The notes: generated by a model not told the origin, from the letters alone. Positions 46,680-56,538 are shown, numbered from the stretch's first letter. The stretch: DNA of 64,000 bases from an uncultured Gammaproteobacteria bacterium (GCA_963748215.1 CAVVHS010000007.1:128001-192000); one strand, 5' to 3'. A program made the numbers and translations.

Positions 46680-47371
46680 ATCTTCCTGAACTCCAGGAAA
46701 TAATTGGTGCGCAGCAGCGGCTTGTCGTCCACCAGCCTGAAGCCGGCGGCCTGCACCTCGCGGATCACCTGGTCCCGGTCGCCGCGCACGTGTGACATGA
46801 CCCAGCGCGAGCTGATGCGTGGATCACGGTGGAAGTCGATAATGATAAGCCGCCCACCCCGGCGCAATGCACGGTGGATGGAGGCCAGCATGTCGTCCGG
46901 GTATTCGAAGTGATGGTAGGTGGCGGTGACGAAGGCCAGGTCGACGGCGTCATCGGGCAGGCCGGTGGTGTGCTGTGAATTGATAATACCCTGCACATTG
47001 GTCAGCCCCTGTTCGCGGCAGGTGCGCAGGATGTTCTCGACAAAGGTGTCGGAGATGTCGACCGCGTACACCGTGCCGCCGGGTTCGACCGCCGGTGCAA
47101 ACAGGCGGGTGAACAGGCCGGTACCGGCGCCGATGTCGGCCACCGTCATGCCGGGACGTACGGCACTGGCGGTGACAATGGCCTCGCGCCGTTCATACAC
47201 CTCGCGATCGCGCCGTTCGAAGGTACTGACCCACTGCTGCCAGTTCGGGTGTTCGTAGCTGCGGTTGATGCCGGGGCGGACGCTTTGCTCCTGCGCCGCG
47301 AGCGAGCCGGCGGCCAGCAGCAGGGTCAGTACAAACAGCACGAACGAACGGCGGCGGAGCAGGGCGGTCAT
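46676..47371 (-). CDS. Class I SAM-dependent methyltransferase with signal-like N-terminus
   Basis: VADIGAGTG, VYAVDI, TYHHF, GGRLIIIDF. Confidence 0.9.
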   Translation of the reverse strand: MTALLRRRSFVLFVLTLLLAAGSLAAQEQSVRPGINRSYEHPNWQQWVSTFERRDREVYERREAIVTASAVRPGMTVADIGAGTGLFTRLFAPAVEPGGTVYAVDISDTFVENILRTCREQGLTNVQGIINSQHTTGLPDDAVDLAFVTATYHHFEYPDDMLASIHRALRRGGRLIIIDFHRDPRISSRWVMSHVRGDRDQVIREVQAAGFRLVDDKPLLRTNYFLEFRKM

Positions 47372-47465
47372 GGCTGATAGCATAGCTGCTGGATTCGCCG
47401 TGGTCAGGCCGGCGAGTTGCGCGACTATAATCAAACTGTCCAGACGCTTCTTAAGGAACTGCAGA

Positions 47466-48320
47466 ATGAAAGGTAACTGCTTGATGGCCTTGCTGTTCAT
47501 GGCTCTGCCAGGTGCCGTGTCGGCCGGCCCGGCTGGCAACCCCTGGTGGTGGGACGATGCCTGGTGGAACGACGGCCTGCTGACGGCGCCGGAAAATTTC
47601 GCCACCGAGACACGCTGGATCAACTATCAGAGCGGGGACGTGGAGGTTCCGGCCATGGTGGTGCGACCGGCACAGCCAGGCAGGTTTCCGGCGGTACTCT
47701 TCCAGCACGGCCGGCGCGGGCTGGACAGCCTGGTGCAGCGGCTGGCGCAACGCATTGCGGCGCGCGGCTTCGTGGTGCTGGCCCCGGATATCTACACCGC
47801 GCACTTCATCGGTACGCACCCGATCGAACACGATTATGCATTGGAAAAGGATGTCGATGCCGCGGTCGACGTGCTGCTGGCGCGTGATGACATCAGCGGT
47901 ACCCGGGCGTGCCTGTATTCCCATACGCGAGGCGGCTACTACGCCCTCAAGGTGGCGACCACATTCAAACGCCAGGAACGTGATATCGCCTGTTATGTCG
48001 CCACTTACCCGCACCTGCAGGATCCGAATGCCCCCGAGCCACTGCAGGTCTACGGTTATGCGCCCGAGATCGAAGACCTGATGTTGCCGACGCTGGTCTT
48101 CATCGGTGACGAGGAGCAATACCAGCGCCGGCGAGTGATCGAGACCAGCATCAAGATACTGCAGGACAAGGGCCGGGATGCCCGACTGGTGATCTATCCC
48201 GGTGTCGGGCGCGGTTTCGATTTCCGCGATGCGGATGTTCGCACCTTTGCCGATGATCTGGCCTCGAAAGATGCCGTGCAGCGCGCGGCGGAGTTCATGC
48301 GCACGCATCTCGCGCAGTAG
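47466..48320 (+). CDS. Dienelactone hydrolase-like alpha/beta hydrolase, exported, with atypical catalytic motifs
   Basis: PAVLFQHG, GFVVLAPD, SHTRGG, YPGVGRGF. Confidence 0.8.
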   Translation: MKGNCLMALLFMALPGAVSAGPAGNPWWWDDAWWNDGLLTAPENFATETRWINYQSGDVEVPAMVVRPAQPGRFPAVLFQHGRRGLDSLVQRLAQRIAARGFVVLAPDIYTAHFIGTHPIEHDYALEKDVDAAVDVLLARDDISGTRACLYSHTRGGYYALKVATTFKRQERDIACYVATYPHLQDPNAPEPLQVYGYAPEIEDLMLPTLVFIGDEEQYQRRRVIETSIKILQDKGRDARLVIYPGVGRGFDFRDADVRTFADDLASKDAVQRAAEFMRTHLAQ

Positions 48321-48535
48321 GTGCGGATGCGCTCCGCGATCAATTTAAATATCGCATCGCGCATGAGATGCGCTCCTACTCTCAATAAGAGTTGCCGGTG
48401 CGTAAAACGCACCCTACGTCCGGGTTTTATTTTTCCGTGTTGTTCCGTGGATTCCGTGGCCATTATCTATCGCGCATGAGATGCGCTCCTGCGCCAATAG
48501 ACGCTCCTGTCGGAGCGGACGCTGTCCGCGAATGA
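48317..48535. repeat. REP/REPIN cluster (cgcgcatgagatgcgctcctac family and others)
   Basis: gtaggtgcgga..ccgcga; atcgcgcatgagatgcgctcctac x2; ggtgcgtaaaacgcaccctac; ttccgtg units. Confidence 0.8.
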
Positions 48536-48588
48536 AACAACCGTTGCGGGTGGAAATAAACTGATATGCCGCCATAATGCCCGGTACG

Positions 48589-48828
48589 ATGCCTGCCTGC
48601 GCGCACTGCAATTACCCGGGGCGGCCGCGCCTGCAGCCGGCCTGGCTGCTGTGGCTGGCCATCCTGGTGTGGCTGGTGCCACTGGGCTTCCTGGCGCAGG
48701 GCTACTGGCCGTTTTTCCTGCTGCCTGCCGTGGCCATCAGCGCGTGGGCCTTTACCGCTGTGCGCCGCACCTGCCCGAACTGTGGCACAGTAGGATCGAC
48801 ACGCAAGCCGGGCGCTGGCCCGCGGTAA
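48589..48828 (+). CDS. Small membrane protein with two CxxC motifs flanking 2 TM helices
   Basis: CAHC ... hydrophobic pair ... CPNCG; upstream of xdhC. Confidence 0.65.
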   Translation: MPACAHCNYPGRPRLQPAWLLWLAILVWLVPLGFLAQGYWPFFLLPAVAISAWAFTAVRRTCPNCGTVGSTRKPGAGPR

Positions 48829-48856
48829 CCAGGAGACCGAATCTGCGACCGACACC

Positions 48857-49843
48857 ATGAAACCACTGTACAGCACCGACCGCGAAGTCCTGGACACGGC
48901 CATCCGCTGGCTGGAGGCGGGGCAGCGCCCGCTCCTGGTGACGGTGGCGAAGACCTGGGGATCGTCGCCGCGCCCGCCCGGCGCCCTGATGCTGATGGCT
49001 GCCGACGGACGCCAGGTCGGCTCGGTGTCGGGCGGTTGCGTGGAGGCAGACCTGGTATCGCGCTACCAGGACGGGCAGCTCGGCGACCGGTTCCCGACCC
49101 TGATCGACTACGGCGTCGACCACGCGCAGGCGAGCCGGCTCGGCCTGCCCTGCGGCGGACGGCTGGAGCTGCTGGTCGAACAGCTCGACAGCGCGGCTCC
49201 GCTCCGGCACATCCTGGAGCGAACCGGCGCCGGGCAACTGGTGACGCGGCGCGTCTGCCTGGCTACCGGCGAGGTGAGCCTGCATACAACCACCGATGCC
49301 GCCGACGCCTTCAGTTACCAGGTCGACGTCCTCAACAAACTGTTCGGTCCGCGCTGGCGGTTGTTACTGATCGGCGACGGTGAACTGGCCCGCTATGTCA
49401 CGCAACTGGCATTGACGCTGGATTATCACGTCATCATTTGCGATCCGCGCGACATACCAGAGGCGGCACCACTCCCGGAGGGTGTCGACCGCGTACATAC
49501 GATGCCCGACGAGGCGGTACAGGCCTGGGTCACGCATGCGCGCAGCGTGGTCATTGCCCTGACGCACGATCCGAAACTCGATGACATGGCGTTGCTCGAT
49601 GCACTGGATTCACCGGCCTTCTATGTCGGTGCCATCGGCTCGCGACTCAACAGTGCGCGGCGCCGCGAGCGCCTGCAGGCGCTCGGCCTGACCGACGCAC
49701 AAGTGCAGCGCCTGCATGCCCCGGTCGGCCTGCCGATCGGCAGCCATGCACCGCCCGAGATCGCGCTGTCGATCATGGCCGAGATCACGGCGCTGCGAAA
49801 CCGGGTGCAGCCCGTGGCCGCGGTACCGGCCATGCCTGCATGA
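48857..49843 (+). CDS. XdhC/CoxI molybdoenzyme maturation factor
   Basis: TWGSSPRPPG, GSVSGGCVE, LPCGG, THDPKLDD, YVGAIGS. Confidence 0.93.
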   Translation: MKPLYSTDREVLDTAIRWLEAGQRPLLVTVAKTWGSSPRPPGALMLMAADGRQVGSVSGGCVEADLVSRYQDGQLGDRFPTLIDYGVDHAQASRLGLPCGGRLELLVEQLDSAAPLRHILERTGAGQLVTRRVCLATGEVSLHTTTDAADAFSYQVDVLNKLFGPRWRLLLIGDGELARYVTQLALTLDYHVIICDPRDIPEAAPLPEGVDRVHTMPDEAVQAWVTHARSVVIALTHDPKLDDMALLDALDSPAFYVGAIGSRLNSARRRERLQALGLTDAQVQRLHAPVGLPIGSHAPPEIALSIMAEITALRNRVQPVAAVPAMPA

Positions 49844-50412
49844 GGCCGGCCTGCACCGCCATCCTGCTGGCCGCGGGGCAGGGCACGCGCTTCGGCGCCA
49901 ACAAGCTGCTGCAAGCCCTGGCGGACGGCACGCCGATGGCCGTCGCCTGTGCACGCACGCTGCAGTCCGTGCCGGCACAGTGCCTCGCCGTGGTCGACGA
50001 TCCGCAGGGTGCGGTCGCAGGGTTGCTGGCGGATGCGGGCCTGCGGATCGTCGCCAACCCGCAGGCGCACGCCGGCATGGGCACGAGCATTGCCTGCGGC
50101 GTGGCCGCCAGTGCGACGGCAGCTGGCTGGATCATTGCACTGGCCGATATGCCGTACGTGCCGGCCGGCGTGGTGCAGCAGGTGGCCGACCGGCTGGTGC
50201 AGGGCGCGGACCTGGTGGCGCCGGTCTGGCACGGCCGGCGCGGCCACCCGGTCGGATTCGCGGCACGCCACGGGCCGGCCCTGCGAGCGCTGCGCGACGA
50301 CCGGGGTGCGCGCGACATCCTTGACGCCCACCGTAACTCGCTGGAATTGATCGAAACAACGGACCGCGGCGTCATTATCGACATCGACACCCCGGCGGCA
50401 CTGGCGCGCTGA
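49840..50412 (+). CDS. Molybdenum cofactor cytidylyltransferase, MocA-like
   Basis: LAAGQGTRFG..KL, LADMP, GHPVGF, DIDTP. Confidence 0.9.
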   Translation: MRPACTAILLAAGQGTRFGANKLLQALADGTPMAVACARTLQSVPAQCLAVVDDPQGAVAGLLADAGLRIVANPQAHAGMGTSIACGVAASATAAGWIIALADMPYVPAGVVQQVADRLVQGADLVAPVWHGRRGHPVGFAARHGPALRALRDDRGARDILDAHRNSLELIETTDRGVIIDIDTPAALAR

Positions 50413-50497
50413 TGTCATACAATCGTCCATGACAGCGCCGCACCATTTCCATTAACATGGGCTCCCTGGTGTCGTGCAAGTGCTCAGGAGGTGGGTG

Positions 50498-50962
50498 ATG
50501 CTGCAACTGAAAGTGAACGGTCAGCTCCACGAGCTGGACATCGATCCCGCCACGCCGCTGCTGTGGGCGCTGCGCGACCACCTGCACCTGTACGGCACCA
50601 AGTACGGCTGCGGCATCGGCCTGTGCGGTTCCTGCACGGTGCATATCGATGACAACGCGGTACGCGCCTGCCTGGTGACGGTCGCTGACGTCAGCGGCAA
50701 GGCCGTCACCACCATCGAGGGCCTGGCGCCGGACAGCGAACCGGTGCAGCTGGCCTGGCAGGCCTTCCAGGTGCCGCAATGCGGCTACTGCCAGCCGGGC
50801 ATGATCATGGCCAGCGTCGCCCTGTTGCGTGACAAGCCATCACCCACCGATGCCGACATCGACGCCGCGATCACCAATATCTGCCGCTGCGGCACCTACA
50901 ACCGCGTGCGCCAGGCCATCCACGCGGCCGCCGCCGGGAAAAAGGAGGGCGCCGATGTCTGA
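50498..50962 (+). CDS. Isoquinoline 1-oxidoreductase-like 2Fe-2S subunit (IorA-type)
   Basis: GCGIGLCGSC, QCGYCQPG, CRCGTY. Confidence 0.93.
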   Translation: MLQLKVNGQLHELDIDPATPLLWALRDHLHLYGTKYGCGIGLCGSCTVHIDDNAVRACLVTVADVSGKAVTTIEGLAPDSEPVQLAWQAFQVPQCGYCQPGMIMASVALLRDKPSPTDADIDAAITNICRCGTYNRVRQAIHAAAAGKKEGADV

Positions 50963-53129
50963 GTCCTACAAACTGACGCGTCGTGCCTTCCTGGTGCGCA
51001 GCGGCGTGGCCGGTGCCGGCCTGCTGCTGGGCTTTCACCTGCCCGCGCGGCGCAAGTTCGCCGCGGCACCCGTGGCCGGAACAGAAGCCGGCCAGCCGGC
51101 CGAGGTCAATGCCTGGATCGAGATCCATCCGGACGACAGCGTGCTGATCCGCGTCGCACGTTCCGAGATGGGGCAGGGTATCTTCACGGCGCTGCCCATG
51201 CTGGTGGCGGAGGAGCTGGACTGCGACTGGGGCAAGGTGCGCGCGGAATATGCCTCGGCCAGCGAGAACCGGCGCCGCGGCGAGGTCTACCGCTCGATGA
51301 GCACCGGCGGCAGTCGCTCGGTGCGCGATTCCAACGATTACCTGCGCATGGCCGGTGCGGTGGCGCGCGAGATGCTGGTCGCGGCGGCAGCCAGCCAGTG
51401 GAAGGTACCGGAGGAGGAATGCCGCACCGCCGACAGCGTCATTACCCACACGCCCAGCGGGCTCACCAAGCGCTATGGCGCGGTGGCCGCGGCGGCCGCG
51501 CAACGGCAACCGCCGGAACTGGTATTTCTCAAGGAACCCGACGAGTGGCGCCTGCTGGGTACACCGGTGCAGCGCCTGGACATCCCGGACAAGATCGCCG
51601 GCAAGCCCGTGTTCGGCGCCGACGTGAACCTGCCCGGCATGCTGCATGCCGCGATCCGCGCCTGCCCGGTGTTCGGCGGCAAACTCAGGCAGCATGACGC
51701 CGCGGCGATCGCGAAGCGGCCCGGCGTGGTGCAGGTGGTGGCACTCGACGATGCCGTGGCGGTGGTGGCGGAGAGCTGGTGGCAGGCACAGCAGGCGCTG
51801 CTTGACCTGCCGGTGACATGGGACGAGGCTGGAAACGGTGCCGTTGCCGATTCCGACATCCGCGCCAGTCTCGAGGCCGGGCTGGCAGTGGAGGAGGCGG
51901 TGGTCATGGCCGAACACGGCAAGCCGGACAGCGTCTTCGCTTCACCCGCGCAACAGGTCGAGGCGATCTTCTACGCGCCCTACCTCGCGCACGCGACCAT
52001 GGAGCCCATGACCTGCACCGCGGCCGTGCACAGTGACGGCCGTGTCGAGGTCTGGGTGCCGACGCAGAACGCGAGTGCCAGCCTGGAGGCCGCGGCGCGT
52101 GCCGCAGGTGTCGATCCGCTGCGGGTCGAGGTGCACAACACGCAGCTCGGCGGCGGCTTCGGCCGGCGCGGCACCAGCCAGGATTTTACCGAGCAGGCCG
52201 TGCGCATCGCCAAACAGGTCGGCCGGCCCGTGAAGCTGTTGTGGTCACGCGAGGAAGACACGCAGCATGACTTCTACCGCCCGGCCAGCATGGCGCGCCT
52301 GACGGCTGCGCTCAACGACAAGGGACACCTGACCGGTCTGCGCGCGCGCGTCGCCGCGCCCTCCATCCTGACCTCGCTGGGTATGAAGGCGTCAGACGGC
52401 AGTGACCCGATCGCGCTGCAGGGCCTGGCCGACACCTTCTATGCCGTGCCCCATCTGCGCGCGGACTTCGCCCTGCGCACGCTGCACGTGCCGGTCGGAT
52501 TCTGGCGTTCGGTGAACCATTCCCAGAACGCGTATTTCCGCGAACACTTTCTCGACCAGGTGGCGCGCGCGGCCGGTCAGGACCCGTACCGGTTCCGGCT
52601 CGACCTGCTCAAGGAGGCGCCGAAGCAGCGCGCCGTGCTGCAGGCGGTCGCGGAGCAGGCCGGCTGGGACAAGCCGCTGGCGAAAAACACCTTCCGCGGC
52701 ATCGCGGTGGAGACCAGCTACGGCAGTCACTGCGCGCAGGTGGTGGAGGTCAGGGTCAACGACGACCGTACCTTCCAGCTGCTGCGCGTGTTCTGTGCCA
52801 TCGATCCCGGACACGTGGTCAACCCGGATACCATCGCCGCCCAGGTCGAAAGCGCGATCACCTACGGCCTGACCGCCGCGCTGTTCGGCGACATCACCAT
52901 CAGCAAGGGCCGGGTGCAGCAGGGCAACTTCGACGATTACCCGATGTTGACCCTGCGCCAGATGCCGCTGGTGGAAACCCGCATCGTCGCCAGCGGCGAC
53001 TTCTGGGGCGGTATGGGCGAGCCGCCACTGCCGCCGGTTACCCCGGCGTTGTGCAACGCCCTGTATGCCGCCACCGGCAAGCCCATCAACTCCCTGCCGC
53101 TGAGCGCACACGGCCTGCACCCGGCCTGA
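50955..53129 (+). CDS. Xanthine dehydrogenase-family molybdopterin subunit (IorB-type), Tat-exported
   Basis: LTRRAFL Tat motif, SEMGQG, TGGSRS, GGGFGRR, GMGEPP. Confidence 0.93.
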   Translation: MSESYKLTRRAFLVRSGVAGAGLLLGFHLPARRKFAAAPVAGTEAGQPAEVNAWIEIHPDDSVLIRVARSEMGQGIFTALPMLVAEELDCDWGKVRAEYASASENRRRGEVYRSMSTGGSRSVRDSNDYLRMAGAVAREMLVAAAASQWKVPEEECRTADSVITHTPSGLTKRYGAVAAAAAQRQPPELVFLKEPDEWRLLGTPVQRLDIPDKIAGKPVFGADVNLPGMLHAAIRACPVFGGKLRQHDAAAIAKRPGVVQVVALDDAVAVVAESWWQAQQALLDLPVTWDEAGNGAVADSDIRASLEAGLAVEEAVVMAEHGKPDSVFASPAQQVEAIFYAPYLAHATMEPMTCTAAVHSDGRVEVWVPTQNASASLEAAARAAGVDPLRVEVHNTQLGGGFGRRGTSQDFTEQAVRIAKQVGRPVKLLWSREEDTQHDFYRPASMARLTAALNDKGHLTGLRARVAAPSILTSLGMKASDGSDPIALQGLADTFYAVPHLRADFALRTLHVPVGFWRSVNHSQNAYFREHFLDQVARAAGQDPYRFRLDLLKEAPKQRAVLQAVAEQAGWDKPLAKNTFRGIAVETSYGSHCAQVVEVRVNDDRTFQLLRVFCAIDPGHVVNPDTIAAQVESAITYGLTAALFGDITISKGRVQQGNFDDYPMLTLRQMPLVETRIVASGDFWGGMGEPPLPPVTPALCNALYAATGKPINSLPLSAHGLHPA

Positions 53130-53231
53130 GTGGACGGCGCCTGCAGGTGTCGAAAAGCTGTTTCGCGCCAGGACGCAAACACGCAAAGGAAATCTCATCA
53201 GCGGGTGCGAGACGTGAGACGTGAAAAGAAG

Positions 53232-53945
53232 AATGGCCACGGAAGCAAATCACGGAATTCACGGAAGAACACGGATGAACAATGCCCGGGCGCAGGGTGC
53301 GTTTTACGCACCGCGAACGGTGCACGGAGTGCACCCTACAAAAATAACGGCCACGGAATCCACGGAAGGGCACGGAAAAACACTGCCCGGGCGCAGGGTG
53401 CGTTTTACGCACCGCGAACGGTGCACGGAGTGCACCCTACAAAAATAACGGCCACGGAATCCACGGAAGGGCACGGAAAAACACTGCCCGGGCGCAGGGT
53501 GCGTTTTACGCACCGCGAATGGGGCACGGAGTGCACCCTACAAAAATAACGGCCACGGAATCCACGGAAGGACACGGAAAAATACTGCCCGGGCCCAGGG
53601 TGCGTTTTACGCGCCGCGAACGGTGCACGGAGTGCACCCTACAAAAATAATGGCCACGGAATCCACGGAAGGGCACGGAAAAATACTGCCCGTGTGTAGG
53701 GTGCGTTTTACGCACCGCGAATGGTGCACGGAGTGCACCCTACAAAAATAACGGCCACGGAATCCACGGAAGGGCACGGAAAAATACTGCCCGGGCGCAG
53801 GGTGCGTTTTACGCACCGCGAATGGTGCACGGAGTGCACCCTACAAAATAACGGCCACGGAATCCACGGAAGGACACGGAAAAATACTGCCCGGGCGCAG
53901 GGTGCGTTTTACGCACCGCGAGCGGGGCACGGAGTGCACCCTACA
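53232..53945. repeat. Tandem array of seven ~101-bp REPIN-like units
   Basis: Units end at 53340, 53441, 53542, 53643, 53744, 53845 and 53945; each has (CACGGAA)3 + agggtgcgttttacgcacc + ggtgcacggagtgcaccctac. Confidence 0.95.
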
Positions 53946-54555
53946 TCTTTTTCATTTTGCCGGGCCGGGTCGCGCCGGTGACGCCTGCGGTCAGGGTGAA
54001 GCGCATCGCTTCCTCCATGTTCATGTCGACCGGCCGGATGGCGCTGCGCGGCATCAGTACAGCATAACCACCGATCATGTAACTCAGCGGTAGATAGACC
54101 AGGACGCTGTCCGGTGTGCGAAAATCTTGCGGCAGATTGTCAGGATCGGTCTGGGTCACGAAGCCGATCATCTCCATGCCGTTATCACCCAGCGTCACCG
54201 CCACAACCTGATCGAATTCTTTTTTGTTGTTCGGTGAAAAATAATTCAGGAAGTCGCGCAGTGCCGTATAAATCGATTTGATCACGGGTGTGCGAAAAAG
54301 CAGGCTTTCGCCGTGGGCGAACAGGCGTTGCACCACGTAGGCATGCATCAGTAATCCCACGATGAATGTGACCAGCAGCCCGGCCAGTACACCCATGCCG
54401 GGTTTGTAGCGATCCTCCGGCAGCCACAGGCGAATCATGTCGCCCAGCATGGATTCCGCCGAGATGACCAGCCAGTACAAGAGGTAAAGCGTGAGCACGA
54501 CGGGCAGGATCGTCACCAGTCCGGTAAGAATGTGTTTGCTAATGAATTTCAGCAT
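53941..54555 (-). CDS. DUF502-like membrane protein
   Basis: TGLVTILPVVLT, PVIKSIY, IGFVT, VYLPLSY..GG, MEEAMRF. Confidence 0.88.
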   Translation of the reverse strand: MLKFISKHILTGLVTILPVVLTLYLLYWLVISAESMLGDMIRLWLPEDRYKPGMGVLAGLLVTFIVGLLMHAYVVQRLFAHGESLLFRTPVIKSIYTALRDFLNYFSPNNKKEFDQVVAVTLGDNGMEMIGFVTQTDPDNLPQDFRTPDSVLVYLPLSYMIGGYAVLMPRSAIRPVDMNMEEAMRFTLTAGVTGATRPGKMKKM

Positions 54556-54771
54556 CTGAACTGCCTCCAGTTTGAAACGGTGCCCGGCCCGCAACGCCGG
54601 TATACATAAAGCTCGCTATGTCCGCAAAAAGTAGCACGAAACGGACTCGAAGACCGGGTCAGGCGGGGATCGGCAATGGCAGTTCGGCGCTAACACTGCC
54701 ACTATTGCACCGGTGTGCCGGCCTGTCATGCCGGCGATCAGTTGCCTGCGGTCAACCTGGAGGAGGTCCAC

Positions 54772-55374
54772 ATGTGGTTTACTCGCTGCAAGACGGTCAT
54801 ACTGTGCGTGCTTGCATTTCCCCTGTTAACTGCCATGGCCGCCGATTCCACCCTGATTCTCGATGATCGCAGCACCGGCGACCTGCAATCGACGCAGGGT
54901 CCGGCCTGGCGTCTGGTCACCGACGGTGTCATGGGCGGTGTATCGCAAGGCAGCCTGACGCCGGATACCGTTGCGGGGCGGCCCTGTCTCCGGCTGCGCG
55001 GGGCAATCAGTCTGGATAACCGCGGCGGCTTCCTGCAGGCGGCGCTGGATACCGGGCAGGGCGGTACGCTGGATGCATCCGGTTACGACGGTGTGTTGCT
55101 GGATGTGTATGGCAACGACGAGGAATACAACGTGCACCTGCGCACCGCGGATGTCTGGCTGCCCTGGCAGGCCTATCGTGCGTCCTTCAACGCGGCGCCG
55201 GCCTGGCACACGGTGCGAATACCGTTCAGCGCATTTTCGGGCTATCGCATCCGGGCCGGGCTGGATGCCACTGCCCTGCGACGCATCGGCATACTGGCGA
55301 TCGGGCGCGTCTTCCAGGCGGATCTCTGCGTGGCGCGGGTGGGGTTGTACCGGGACGATGCAGGCAGCCCTTGA
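54772..55374 (+). CDS. CIA30-family protein
   Basis: WRLVTDGVMGGVS, SLDNRGGF, IPFSAF; SD ggagg. Confidence 0.88.
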   Translation: MWFTRCKTVILCVLAFPLLTAMAADSTLILDDRSTGDLQSTQGPAWRLVTDGVMGGVSQGSLTPDTVAGRPCLRLRGAISLDNRGGFLQAALDTGQGGTLDASGYDGVLLDVYGNDEEYNVHLRTADVWLPWQAYRASFNAAPAWHTVRIPFSAFSGYRIRAGLDATALRRIGILAIGRVFQADLCVARVGLYRDDAGSP

Positions 55375-55387
55375 TCAGCCGCCGTTG

Positions 55388-55452
55388 TTCGCGCATGAGA
55401 TGCGCTCCTACGCCAATAGACACTCCTGCAGGCGCGGACGCGTTCCGCAAAG
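55388..55452. repeat. REPIN-like element
   Basis: ttcgcgcatgagatgcgctcctac-spacer-gcaggcgcggacgcgttccgc. Confidence 0.75.
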
Positions 55453-55516
55453 GAACCGGCTAGCAGGATGCTATTCCCTACAGCACACCTGCAGGGCCGG
55501 CTACGGTCCGTGCAGG

Positions 55517-56479
55517 CTATGACCCTGTGGCCAGGCTGCAACCCGGCTGGCCTGAATACCGGCGCAGGGCGCGCTTGAGGTCTTTCGCAAAGCCTTTCTG
55601 CGCCGGTTCCGCCTGCGCGAACACCTCGCGCGCCTTGTAGAACTCCAGCACCTTCACATTGCTGATGTCCGGGTGCACGTAGATATCGGGGCGCCGCTGC
55701 TTGAGCTTTTCGGCCAGCAGATTGTTGCTCATGACGTGAAAGCTTTGCAGCAGCACACCTATCGACGATAGCTTCTCGCCATTCTCGTTCTCGCGGTTGC
55801 CGCTGACGTCGACGGCGATGACGATGTCGTTGTCCGATTCCAGCAGGTCGAAGGGCAGTGGGTTGGCCACGCCGCCGTCAACCAGCAGGTGGTCGCCGAT
55901 CTTCACCGGTGGAAACACCCCGGGCACCGCCATGCTGGCCTGGATGGCGGGCAGCAGTGCGCCGGAGTCGATGATCACTTCCTGTCCGGTCATCAGCTCG
56001 GCGGTTACCACCTTGAACGGGATCTTCAGCTCGCGGAATCCCCTGGCGGGCATTACCTCGCCGAGGTACTCGATGAAATCGTCGCTGCTGAGCAGGCCGC
56101 CGCCGGCCAGCGCCGGATCGATGAAGTCCAGCCAGCGGATCGACTTCGGCAGCGTGAATATCGAGCGGTCCGCATCGCTCTGGTCGACGAAGAACTGCTC
56201 GATCTGGGCGCGGATGTCGCGGCCGCTCATACCGGCGGCATACAGTGCGCCGATGATGGCGCCGATGCTGCAGCCCGTGATGGCATGCGGGACGATGCCC
56301 ATCTCGTCCAGGGTTTCCAGTATCTGGATGTGCGCCAATCCCTTTGCGCCGCCGCCGCCCAGCGCCAGTCCGACCTTCGGCGTGCCGCCCTTGCCGCAGG
56401 CGGTCAGCGCGAGTACGGCAGTGGCGGCGGTGAATGCGAGGAAATCCCGGCGCGAGAGTACGAACTGGTCAGGCGGCAT
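55517..56479 (-). CDS. Patatin-like phospholipase with Tat motif and lipobox
   Basis: SRRDFL, LTAC, GGGGAKG, GCSIG, DGG. Confidence 0.92.
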   Translation of the reverse strand: MPPDQFVLSRRDFLAFTAATAVLALTACGKGGTPKVGLALGGGGAKGLAHIQILETLDEMGIVPHAITGCSIGAIIGALYAAGMSGRDIRAQIEQFFVDQSDADRSIFTLPKSIRWLDFIDPALAGGGLLSSDDFIEYLGEVMPARGFRELKIPFKVVTAELMTGQEVIIDSGALLPAIQASMAVPGVFPPVKIGDHLLVDGGVANPLPFDLLESDNDIVIAVDVSGNRENENGEKLSSIGVLLQSFHVMSNNLLAEKLKQRRPDIYVHPDISNVKVLEFYKAREVFAQAEPAQKGFAKDLKRALRRYSGQPGCSLATGS

Positions 56480-56538
56480 GGCGTGGTGTGGGTCGTTACG
56501 GACGATGCCGGCAGTATAGCGCCGGCACGGGTCGATGC

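Noticed and set aside
53232-53945. CRISPR array
   Set aside because: Whole 101-bp units are near-identical with no unique spacers, there are no cas genes in the window, and the palindromes match REPs dispersed elsewhere.
53086-54093. Short ORFs across the repeat array (e.g. MRKTHPAPGQ...)
   Set aside because: These are translations of the repeat units, with no SD or independent coding evidence.
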